Below are positions 1 to 8,552 of a DNA stretch of 64,000 nucleotides, one piece after another. The position numbers were made by a program, and so were the translations under genes. The stretch covers positions 1,375,437-1,439,436 of the forward strand of contig CAVRFC010000005.1 of the NCBI GenBank assembly GCA_963720315.1, written 5' to 3'. Position 1 is the stretch's first letter. Every line of letters starts with the position of its first letter. Source of the DNA: an uncultured Chloroflexia bacterium (GTDB lineage Bacteria; Chloroflexota; Limnocylindria; Limnocylindrales; CSP1-4). Under the pieces are notes generated by a model that saw only the letters and a program-made list of their open reading frames with translations, ran no database searches and was not told the DNA's origin.

Positions 1-637
1 TCTTCGGGGCCAGTGACGAGATCGGCCCGGGTAGCGCGGCAACGCCAGCGGCCAGCTCGGCCGCGGATGTTGCGCGCGGTGCCGGTGTGTCGCGCACGGA
101 TCTGCTGCGACGCCGTCGATGCTCCAGACGAGGGATCAAATGGATTCCTGCGCGCCGTAGATGCTGTCCTTCTGGATGAACGAGGTATCGCGGGTGCAAA
201 CGTCGAGCAATTGAGGCCGCTGCTTGACCAGCCATCGGCGACCTCGAGGCTGAAGACGATGCCGGCCTCGGTCAGGGTGTGGCGGCGCGGCTCGAGCGCG
301 CCGGCGGGCGGGAAGGCGATGGACGACGCTGAGGGCTGGAGGCGCTGGCGTCGCGGAGGGTGGCGCAGTTGGCGAAGGTGTCGGGCTGTCCCCCGGCCCA
401 CCACGCCCCGGGAGCAAGGTTGAGGCACACGACCGCGGCAACGGCGACGGCTGCGATTGCGGTCGCAAGCTTGGCGTAGGGAGTGCATATCGGGATCCTC
501 CGCGCAGGCCGCACCGGCCGGCTGCTCTGGGTCGGCGCCAATACGGTCGAGGACGTGCTCGAGGATGCGCCCCGCGAATGCGTGCTCCGACCCTTCGAGC
601 CAAGACCACGTTCCGCCGCGTTTCGCACGGTGCTCAT
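1..637 (-). pseudogene. anti-sigma factor paralogue, partial at left window edge, reading frame broken several times
   Basis: The ATG at 637-635 overlaps the stop of the upstream ECF sigma gene (ATGA). Recognisable pieces lie in different frames: GSEHAFAGRILEHVLDRIGADPEQ, then the TM helix AKLATAIAAVAVAAVVCLNL, then TLTEAGIVFSLEVADGW. The layout matches the intact anti-sigma at 10401-11291. Confidence 0.4.
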
Positions 638-1180
638 TGTGGAACCTCGCGTTGGCCGGCCGCGCGTCGGCGCGAGAGCCGCGCGCAACCCGCGCATCGC
701 GTGATGAAGTCGAGAATGGACCGTCCCGACCGGGATGCCGAGGATCTCGGCGATCCGGTTGAGCGGCAGGTCGAGGTAGTGGTGCAGGACCACCACCGCG
801 CGGTGATCGATGGAAAGACGGCGGAAGCCGCGTTCGATCTCGTCGCGATCGACGCCGAGCTCAGATCGTCGACCGCGCTCGGCTCGTCATGGGCAGCAGC
901 CGGACGTTCGGCGCCCAGCGTCGCTGCCCTCCGAGTCTCCGCGTAGCAGGCGCGAACGAGGAGCCGGTACGACCACGCTTCGAAGCGAGCGGGGTCGCGG
1001 AGCTGCGGGAGGTCCTGCCAGAAGCGTTAGCAGCGCCTGCTGCGTCGCATCCTCGGCAAGGTCGTGGTCGCGCAGGATCCTGCGCGCCACGGCCAGGAGT
1101 CGATCGGCGATCCCGGTGGCAAGGACGGCGTACGCATCCTTGTCACCGCGCTGGGCTCGGATCACGAGATCGGCATCCAT
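634..1180 (-). pseudogene. ECF (group IV) sigma-70 factor, frame-disrupted
   Basis: Region 2 (MDADLVIRAQRGDKDAYAVL...DHDLAEDATQQALL) and the region 4 HTH (RAVVVLHHYLDLPLNRIAEILGIPVGTVHSRLHHAMRGLRAAL) share one frame. The linker WQDLPQLRDPARFEAWSYRLLVRACYAETRR is in another. This requires indels near 1016 and 862, plus probably one near the 3' end. Confidence 0.6.
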
Positions 1181-1290
1181 CGACTTCCGCCTGACGCGAT
1201 TGGTCCGTCTGATGCTGTCAACTCGATAAGGGGACGCGGGGCCCGGTCTGTCGATGTTCGGCGACGGCCGGAGCGGCCGGGCTCAGCCTT

Positions 1291-1310
1291 GTGCTACATT
1301 GTGCTACATG
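1291..1310 (+). promoter_or_regulatory. tandem direct repeat GTGCTACAT x2 abutting the antitoxin start codon (possible operator/-10 region)
   Basis: The sequence gtgctacattgtgctacATG is read directly. It lies immediately 5' of, and overlaps, the start of the Phd/YefM-type antitoxin. TA antitoxins commonly autoregulate at such repeats. Confidence 0.25.
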
Positions 1311-1598
1311 AGCGAAGGCGATCCGCCGCGAGTCGGTGTCCGCGAGCTGCGCCAGAACCTGTCGATCTACCTCGATCGAGTCAAGGACGGCGAGTCGCTC
1401 GAGGTCACCGAAAGGGGCCAGGTCGTCGCGCGGCTTGGTCCGAGCGGGCACGCGGCGACGACGTACGAGCAGATGGTCAAGGACGGGCGCATCAGCTCTG
1501 GCAAGGGTGGCCTCGCAGATCTCGGCCCGCCGCCATCGGCAGCAGGACGACTCCTGTCCGACGTCCTGCGCGAGCTCCGCGACGAAGAAGTCGGCTGA
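1308..1598 (+). CDS. type II antitoxin, Phd/YefM (prevent-host-death) family
   Basis: The internal ATG at 1308 of ORF 1254-1598 gives MSEGDPPRVGVRELRQNLSIYLDRVKDGESLEVTERGQVVARLGP, a typical Phd/YefM N-terminus. Its stop lies 1 nt before the PIN toxin start. Confidence 0.85.
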   Translation: MSEGDPPRVGVRELRQNLSIYLDRVKDGESLEVTERGQVVARLGPSGHAATTYEQMVKDGRISSGKGGLADLGPPPSAAGRLLSDVLRELRDEEVG

Positions 1599-1599
1599 G

Positions 1600-1992
1600 A
1601 TGTCCGCGGTCTATTTAGACGCGTCGGCCATCGTCAAACTGATCGTCGACGAGCCGGAGAGCGCGGCCTTGATCGCATTCCTCGATCCGGACGCCAGGCA
1701 CGTAACGAGCCGGATCGCAACGGTGGAGGTGACGCGCGCGGCGGCGCGGCATGGCGGCGTGGATGTTGGTCGCGTCCTCGCGGTCCTTGATGCGCTGGAC
1801 ATGATCGAGCTGACCGAGGACGTCGCGACCCGGGCAGGATCGATCGCCCCGACAGACCTGCGCGCCCTCGACGCCATTCACCTGGCCTCGGCGATCGGCA
1901 TTCGGCGCGAGCTCACGAGCTTCATCGCCTACGACGAGCGACTCGTTGCCGCAGCGCGTGATCATGCGCTCCCGGTCGAGTCGCCCGCGTAA
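1600..1992 (+). CDS. vapC: PIN-domain ribonuclease toxin VapC
   Basis: MSAVYLDASAIVKLIVDEPES...RALDAIHLASA...FIAYDERL carries the PIN acidic residues (D at position 6, E, D, D). It is the in-frame C-terminal part of ORF 1336-1992 and sits immediately downstream of the antitoxin. Confidence 0.9.
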   Translation: MSAVYLDASAIVKLIVDEPESAALIAFLDPDARHVTSRIATVEVTRAAARHGGVDVGRVLAVLDALDMIELTEDVATRAGSIAPTDLRALDAIHLASAIGIRRELTSFIAYDERLVAAARDHALPVESPA

Positions 1993-2029
1993 GCTCGCCC
2001 AACGGTGGCGTTGCGTCGGGCGCCGCGAA

Positions 2030-3136
2030 TCAGTTCGTCGTCGTGGTGACCGTGAAGTCGTCGAAGTCGGCGGTGACTCCCTGTCCGAACAATCGCTCAG
2101 ACAACGGGATCGAAACGCTCGCTGCACAGGCGCTCGGCCAGGCGGGGTCGCAAGTCAGCCCGGTCGGCCCGAAGGCCCAACCCCATTGGTACGGGAAAGC
2201 GTCGAGAAGGCTGAAGGTGCCATGTCCGATGACGAACGAGTCGAGCTTGTCCTTCAGGTCCTCACCCGGGCCGAACGAAGGGGCGATGCCCGTATACGTC
2301 TGGCCCGATTGCTGGTCGATCGGTACTCCGACATTCTTGACCTTGGCGACGCGCTTCCCGTCCAGGGAGAACTCGACCGTCGAGCTACCGACCCCGGTGC
2401 CCCGGGTGTAGGTGATCGAGACGAGATGGGCGACGCCAGGCGTGATCGGAACCTCGGTGATGATCTGCGTGTACATCTTGTCCGGCCCGACCCAGTCGGG
2501 GGACGAGGGATCCGACGTATTGCCGGTCACGGACGAGGGTAGGCGCTCGATGAGCGCGAAGGCGGTGTCCCCGGAGACGAACCAATCGAATAGCTGCCCG
2601 GTCTCGAAGTTGACCATGTTCATCACGGCGCCGGCCTGTTGGCCCTGAAGGACCGTGGCGGCATATGGCGTTCCGCTCGGGTAGGAGAACGGCGGGCCGT
2701 ACGTGCCGCGCACGACACGTCCTGGCTGGGTGCCGGGTGTCGCGGCCGAGATGAGCGACGAGAACGTGAGCGAGCCATTCTCCGGTACGGGGAAGGCGGC
2801 GTTGCTGATCGCGATGTACTTCAGGTGGTCGAAGACACTGAAATCCGCGCCGCAACTGAAGGGTGCGTCGTCAATGTGGAAGGTGCCCGCCGCGAAGCTC
2901 CGCGTGTCGCCATTCGCCGGCGTCACCCCATCCGGACAGGTCGTATCCATGTCGATTAGCCCGTACGGATTGGACCATCTCGCGCTGTAGTTCGCCAGAG
3001 CGTATCCACCGGCCGCCTCGAAGTTGTCGTAGACGACCGTCGTCTGCTTGGGCGATATCGCGATTGCGGGGCCGGCGATGCTCACTCCGACCACCGCGGC
3101 CGTGATCACGGCCACGATCAAGCGCTTGGCGCCCAT
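2030..3136 (-). CDS. secreted/membrane-anchored hypothetical protein
   Basis: This is a long ORF with strong GC3 bias. The start MGAKRLIVAVITAAVVGVSIAGPAIA is signal-peptide-like. I do not confidently recognise any family. Confidence 0.7.
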   Translation of the reverse strand: MGAKRLIVAVITAAVVGVSIAGPAIAISPKQTTVVYDNFEAAGGYALANYSARWSNPYGLIDMDTTCPDGVTPANGDTRSFAAGTFHIDDAPFSCGADFSVFDHLKYIAISNAAFPVPENGSLTFSSLISAATPGTQPGRVVRGTYGPPFSYPSGTPYAATVLQGQQAGAVMNMVNFETGQLFDWFVSGDTAFALIERLPSSVTGNTSDPSSPDWVGPDKMYTQIITEVPITPGVAHLVSITYTRGTGVGSSTVEFSLDGKRVAKVKNVGVPIDQQSGQTYTGIAPSFGPGEDLKDKLDSFVIGHGTFSLLDAFPYQWGWAFGPTGLTCDPAWPSACAASVSIPLSERLFGQGVTADFDDFTVTTTTN

Positions 3137-3357
3137 GTGCCACCCTCCCTCAACAGGAGCCGACGAAGGGTAAGGCAGACCCACATCCGTGGCTCCGGTC
3201 AGGCAACCGTAGCACCTTGAGGCGCCGGATTCCCACCGCGTTCGTCGGAAGCTCGCCCGTCGCGCCGATCGCGCCCGACGCGGCGGCCGTCAGCGCACCG
3301 CAGCGGCGCGGCATTACCTGGCAGGTCGTGATCAGGTAGAGGTCGTCACGGGGTCGG

Positions 3358-3502
3358 TCAGCCAGGCGCGATCTGGATGGAGTCGAAGAGCGCCGGGCTT
3401 CGGCCCGCTCCTGCGCGGACTGGTCGGGCGCCTCCGGGAGGTCGATCACGAGCCGCTGGCCGTCGACATCGACGATCCACAGTCGGCTGCGCTGACCGGC
3501 AA
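3358..3502 (-). repeat. truncated, frameshifted duplicate of the 3' end of the anti-sigma gene at 10401-10549
   Basis: Direct nucleotide comparison shows that 3434-3502 and 10481-10549 differ at 2 of 69 positions. The remaining ~75 nt down to the stop codon are more diverged. The relic would encode ...GQRSRLWIVDVDGQRLVIDLPEAPDQSAQERAEA(fs)LFDSIQIAPG*. Homology ends abruptly at 3502, 27 nt from the stop of the neighbouring peptidase gene. Confidence 0.8.
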
Positions 3503-3528
3503 GCAGGCGGCAGCGTCAGGCCAGCGCC

Positions 3529-4521
3529 CTAGCGCTTGGGCGCAACGATCACCCAGCGGCCGTACCACTCGTCTCGGGCAGGGACGACGCCCGCCGTGTA
3601 GGCGTCGTCGTATGGGCTGTCGGTCTCGTAGTAGGGCTGGAAGCGGATCCGGGTGTTCGTCGTCGAGCCGAGCGTCGTGTACAGGATCCGCTTGTTGACG
3701 ACCGCCGATGATTGGAGCGGATCGGTCAGGAAGACGGCGGTGATCGTGAAGGCGTTGGTGTATTTCCCGGCCGCGTCGACCGCGAACGGATCGCCGACGA
3801 GGCCCTCGTAGCCCGTCAGCATGTGGGCGTGGGTCCCGCGCCATGCCGCGATCCCGACCGGTTTGCGGTAGCGGATCATGGTCCGTACGGCCGCCTTCAC
3901 GGCACGCTCGTACGAACTCAACGCGTAATCCTCGTAGATGCGGGTGCTCGCAGAGAGGTACGCGCTGCCATAGCCGTAATAGTTCAGGGCGTTCCGCCAG
4001 CCGTGCGGATCGGATCCGTTGCCACCGGCGAGCGTGTCGTGGGTTCGCTCCCAGGCGAGGATCGAATCGCGCGCAGCCGAGCCGAGCCGAACCTCCCACT
4101 TGAAGCCCGTTCCGCCCATGTCGCCGAGCTTGATCCAGTTGAGCATGTCCATCACCGACGTCGCGGTGCAGGCGTAGTAGTTCGGATCCTGGTAACGGAA
4201 GCCTGCCGCGTTGAACAGGTTGAGCGAGGCTGGGACAGCGATTCGTTCGCCCGGGCCGGGCGGGTCCTGGTCACGGTCGGCCGGCGGCTGATCCTTCGGG
4301 TGCTTCTTCGGCTTCGACTTCGTCGTCTTCGGCGGTACCGGCTTGCTGTCGTCGTTCGACACGACCCCGACGGGACCGAAGGCATTCGGGCCTGGACCGG
4401 TCGTCGCGGACGGCTCGCTTCCGAGAGCGGTGCCGCCGACCGCGACCGCGAGGGCCAGGGCCAGCGCGGCCGCTGCGAGCGGAGCGGTCAGGATGCGGTG
4501 TCGGGCGAGTTCCGCATGCAT
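3529..4521 (-). CDS. secreted papain-fold cysteine peptidase, C39-like
   Basis: It has an N-terminal signal/TM (LTAPLAAAALALALAVAVGG) and a Pro/Lys-rich linker. The catalytic-type motifs are YQDPNYYACTATSVMDML (Gln...Cys) and WRGTHAHMLTGYEG (His). Confidence 0.7.
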   Translation of the reverse strand: MHAELARHRILTAPLAAAALALALAVAVGGTALGSEPSATTGPGPNAFGPVGVVSNDDSKPVPPKTTKSKPKKHPKDQPPADRDQDPPGPGERIAVPASLNLFNAAGFRYQDPNYYACTATSVMDMLNWIKLGDMGGTGFKWEVRLGSAARDSILAWERTHDTLAGGNGSDPHGWRNALNYYGYGSAYLSASTRIYEDYALSSYERAVKAAVRTMIRYRKPVGIAAWRGTHAHMLTGYEGLVGDPFAVDAAGKYTNAFTITAVFLTDPLQSSAVVNKRILYTTLGSTTNTRIRFQPYYETDSPYDDAYTAGVVPARDEWYGRWVIVAPKR

Positions 4522-4709
4522 CTCAATCTCCTGTTCGATTCAATCGAGCCGTGCGTTGGGCCTCGTGGCGTCGCCACGGTGGGCTCTGGACAAGGAGAAC
4601 CGATACTCGGGTCCCGCGACCAGCGCGGGACGTCGCATCCAGGACGGGACGATCGACGTACGCGCGACTCTGACTGTTGTCGGCAGGCGAGTTCAGCCGT
4701 GCCATGGTT

Positions 4710-5331
4710 TCAGGCGGCGACCGCATCCTGCGATGAGGCGGGCTGATCCTCGCGACCGCTCGAACGGACGAGCCAGAGGCCCATCCATCCGACGGCGAGG
4801 GCCAACGGGATCTGGAACGGCGAGATCTGGGCAAGAATTCCAACGAAGCCGGCAAGGATCATGAGGATCGCCGCGCCGCGAGGAGCGATACCGGCGCGGA
4901 ACGTCGCGACGGCGAACATCACCCAGCCCGCGGCGAAGATCACGCCGGTGAGGGCAGCGCCGATGAGGATCGAGCCGCTTATGCCGGTGCTAAGGAGTTC
5001 GGGCGCCTGCTCGCGAAGGACTGGACCGATGAACGCCTCGTACCACCAGTTGCCGGCGACGAGCAAGGTGCCGAGGGACGCCGTCAGGTAGCCAACGAGG
5101 CCGAGCTTGCCGGTGGCGGAAGCCTGCCTGGCATAGAGCCCGGTGAGGGCGACGAGCAGGGCGAACATGGCCACCAGCGCGAGGCCCATGCGAAGGGACT
5201 GGGTGGCGATCCAGAACGACTCGGGCATCGTCAGCGGGAGAACGAGCTGCGAGACCTGGCTGACGATGATGAGCCCGGCCGCGACGAGGCTGGCGATACC
5301 CGGCCTGTCGGGCGGTGAAGGGACTTGACAT
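4710..5331 (-). CDS. integral membrane protein (one frame correction needed near 5297)
   Basis: The ATG at 5331 is preceded by GGAGG at good spacing. The N-terminus MSSPFTARQAG joins IASLVAAGLIIVSQVSQLVLPLTMPESFW... only after a 1-nt shift. The remainder (ORF 4710-5228) is multi-TM. Confidence 0.65.
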
Positions 5332-5453
5332 GAGGTTTGGCCTCCTGGCCTGCCGGTTAGCCCAAGCCGGCGGCTCAGGACTGCGTCCGACCGTAATTGC
5401 GGTCGGTTTCGCGGACATCGGGGCGTGCCCTGACGGCCGTGTCCGGGCCAGCC

Positions 5454-7103
5454 CTAGCCGAGCGGGATCTCCGCTACACGTCGGGTAACGACGCCCGTTG
5501 GACTGACGACCGACAGGCTCCCCCCGAGCGCGGCGACCGGTCGGCGAGACCAAGCAGGCCGCTACCCCGGACGGATAAGCGCCCGCACCGTCGTTGGCGC
5601 TCGACGGAGGGAATTGCCGGAGCTCTCGGGCGCTACGGTCGCCGGTCGCCGACGCGTACTTGGCCACGTTGGCAAGCGCCTCGGACACGACGAAGTAGGC
5701 GGTCGCCTCCACGACGGCGAGAGGCGCCGATCCGGCCGCGGCCAGGACCGTGGCGGTCACGGTCGAGCGCTCCGCGAGGGTGTCGATGGCCGGGCCGAGG
5801 CCCGCCTCGGTCAGGATCGCCGGGTGAATCCGCGGGCCAATTCGCGCAGCTCGACGATGGCCGTCTTGAGCTCGTCGGCGGCGTCGTCCAATCCGGCCAC
5901 GGCTCCGGCATCGGCGTCCGGGGCCAGTTTCGTGCGGGCCAAGCGAAGCGCCAGCGACAACGAGACCAGGCGCTGCAGGACGCCGTCGTGGAGATCACGC
6001 TCCAGCCGTCGCGTGACGCGTCGGTCGCCTCGACGATCGGGTGCGCGACTGGCGCAGCTCCGTCTGGGCGGCTCGCTGGTCGGTGAAGTCGCGGATGATC
6101 GCCGTCACCTCGTCGGCGCCGCTCGGCGAGATCCTCGTCTCGAAGGCGCGCCGCCCGTCGGGCAGATCGAAGGAGGCGTCAAGCGTCTGGAGCTCGCCGG
6201 TCTCGATAGCCGCCCCCGCCCCCGCCAGGACGGCATCCGCGATCGCGGCCGGCACGAGATCACGAAGCCGCCCCGACCATCGGGTCGACCGTTCCGTCAC
6301 GAGCGCCGAGACCTCCGCCCGAATGTACGAGGACGTGACCGACGTGGCTCAACCGATCATCATGTCCGGCACGGCGTCGACGAGGGTCCGGTGCCGCAGC
6401 TCGCTCTGTCGGTAGAAGCCAACCAACAGGGCAAGAGGAATCGCGGCCGGAGCAAGGGTCTTTGCCGCGAGGAGGAACTCCTCGACGCTGTCGGGCAGGG
6501 CGACGGTCTGGATCACGAAGAAGATGATCAACACCGCCATCTGGATCGTGCCCGCGATGAGGACAGGAAGCAGCTCCGGACGTCGGCGACGGGGGGCCAC
6601 GACCCAGCGCCGAATGACGACGATCCCGGCGAAGCTCGCGAGGACGACATTGAGGGCCAGCTGTCCCGTGGCCACATCAGGGTCCTGAGCGATCGGGAGC
6701 AGGTCGACCGCGCTGTTGGCCGTAAAGCCGATGGCGAGGATGGCCACGGTGGCTCGATCGAGCCGCGTCTCAAGCTGTCCGGATGGGTAGGCGAGGATCA
6801 GGGCGATGAGGGCGGTCGCGGCGACGCCGCTGAACGATGTCCCGAGCTCGCGCAGCCCCGCGACGTCCGAGATCGCCAGGTTCCCGATGAACCAAGCGAG
6901 GCCGACAAGGGTCATCAACCGGCCGATGCGGTTGGCGGGCCGGGCGGGCCAGAGGGCCGGCCCGCCGTATAGCTACGTCCACCAGACGTCCGGTCGAGCA
7001 GGACTCGTATGCATGGGTTCCCGCTCGGTAGTACAGGACTTCGCTGACTAGCCCCCACACCAGCCCGAAGCCGCCGATCAACAACCGGATCGAGCGCCGT
7101 CAT
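5454..7103 (-). pseudogene. NarL-type sensor histidine kinase (TM region - PAS - HisKA_3 - HATPase_c), many frame changes, no adjacent response regulator
   Basis: Pieces read in different frames include the TM domain (ORF 6349-6918) and a PAS domain (GRLRDLVPAAIADAVL...ETRISPSGADEVTAIIRDFTDQRAAQTEL). They also include HisKA_3 (RDLHDGVLQRLVSLSLALRLARTKL...ELRELARG(fs)IHPAILTEAGLGPAI). The HATPase pieces are VVEATAYFVVSEALANVAKYA, GSGLLGLADR and VAALGGSLSVVSPTG...EIPLG*. At least five shifts are required. Confidence 0.7.
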
Positions 7104-7249
7104 TTGGCGAGAGTGTCACTCAGCGTCGTGCCGCATCGGGGCAGACCCTGATGCCAGATCGTCGGGCTGCCCGGATGGCACGAGCGGGCCATGGGCAGAC
7201 GCTGCGTCGAGGCCGGGCGATCGTCCGGCACCTGGCTCAAGGAGCATCG

Positions 7250-8081
7250 ATGAATACCTTCCGTCGCTGATCCGGCGCAACCCGGTGATCAGCTTCTCGC
7301 CCTCGCCTACGCGCTCACGTGGGGCGTCGGTGCGCTCCTGCGGGGCGAGCCGACAGGGCTGCTCCCCACCAATGGCTTGTTCCTGGCGCCCCGGCGCTGC
7401 GGCGATCCAGAGATCGCCGCCACGACTGGCCGAGCTGGGTTCGCGACTTGCGTAGTCGCCTTCTGCGATGGCGGGTGTCGCTGCGCTGGTACGCCATCGT
7501 CATCGGTCTCCCCCTGCTGATCGTTCCCCTCGCCGTCGTCATCAACACGACCGTGCTCGGCGGTGCCGGGCTCGACTGGACGAAGGCGCCATCGTTATCC
7601 AGGTGTGGTGTTCTTCGCGCTCTTCCTCTTCGTCGGATCACGGCACCGTTGGGCGAGGAGATCGGCTGGCGCAGGTTCGCGCTGCCGAAGCTGCTTACGA
7701 CCGCGCGGTGCTGACGGCCACCTGATCATCGCTGCGCTGTGGGGCCCGTGGCACCTTCCGACGATCCTAGCGGACCCCGACGCGAGGCCCCTCGTGCCGT
7801 TCCTGCTGTCGTTCCCGTCACTCGCGGTCATGTTCACGTGGCTCTTCATCCACACGAAAGGGAGCCTGCTCGTGGCAGTGCTGTTCCACGCTTGGTATGA
7901 CGTGGTCCTCATGTTCCCCGCCGAGATGTTGGCGGCCGCGGACACCGAGCGCATGCTCTGGGCCCTGGCTGGGGTTCAGGGTGTGGTGGCTGTTGCGGTC
8001 GTGGTTCTGGGCGGGCTACGGCAGCCGGGCTACTCGGAGGCCGCGCAGATCGAATCGCGAACCGCCACCGCGGCGGCGTAG
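7250..8081 (+). pseudogene. CPBP (CAAX-type) intramembrane metalloprotease, heavily frame-disrupted
   Basis: AAGGAG precedes the ATG at 7250. Family motifs are present but alternate between frames: LLALAYALTWGVGALL, APLGEEIGWRRFALPKL (the EExxxR motif) and IIAALWGPWHLP...FHAWYD. The frame alternates repeatedly over ~830 bp. Confidence 0.6.
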
Positions 8082-8552
8082 TCGCCGGCCCGCGATCGCT
8101 CTTTGCGGATCCCCTTGATGGAGGCGTCGCCCGAAGGGGCGGCGCCTCCCCGTGTAGCGCAGGGTCCGCCCTGAGGTGGTTTTGGGGGTTCCCACGGATG
8201 GCGTGCTCGAGGCCACCGATCAGTGTTCCTCACACCGAACCGACGACCGTGGGTCACGCGGATCGGCCAAAGGAGCCATGACAAATGAACGAATCACGAA
8301 CGATCGCCCCCCAGCGGCCGCGAGCCACCGGCGTGCGCCTCGTGGGGCGCTCGCCCTCATGACCCTCTCGGGCTCATTGCCAGCGGCTGTATTCGTAACG
8401 GCGACCCGCGAGACGAGTCCCGCTTAGACTCCCCCGCAGCGGCGGTAGCCATCGGCTCCGGGTGGCCTAGGAGGCCCCGGACGCGTCGGTTAGCGGGACG
8501 ACCGTCAAGATCCAGCCACGTCCGCTCGACGGCATCGGCGGTCCGATGCCCT

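Noticed and set aside
6349-6351. An apparently in-frame TGA inside the histidine kinase PAS domain, as a possible nonsense mutation or recoding site.
   Set aside because: ORFs 6349-6918 and 5995-6300 do share a frame. However, the +1 frame across 6290-6350 gives a better PAS-like sequence (…GLGARDGTVDPMVG joining RLRDLVP). Two compensating indels are therefore more likely than a true nonsense codon. I saw no SECIS-like evidence, and TGA is used as a normal stop throughout.
8285-8362. A 25-aa micro-ORF (MNESRTIAPQRPRATGVRLVGRSPS) with AAGGAG 9 nt upstream, considered as a leader or RiPP-like peptide.
   Set aside because: There are no adjacent modifying enzymes and no recognisable leader/core features, and the ORF is too short to assess composition. 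It is kept only as a note within the spacer finding.
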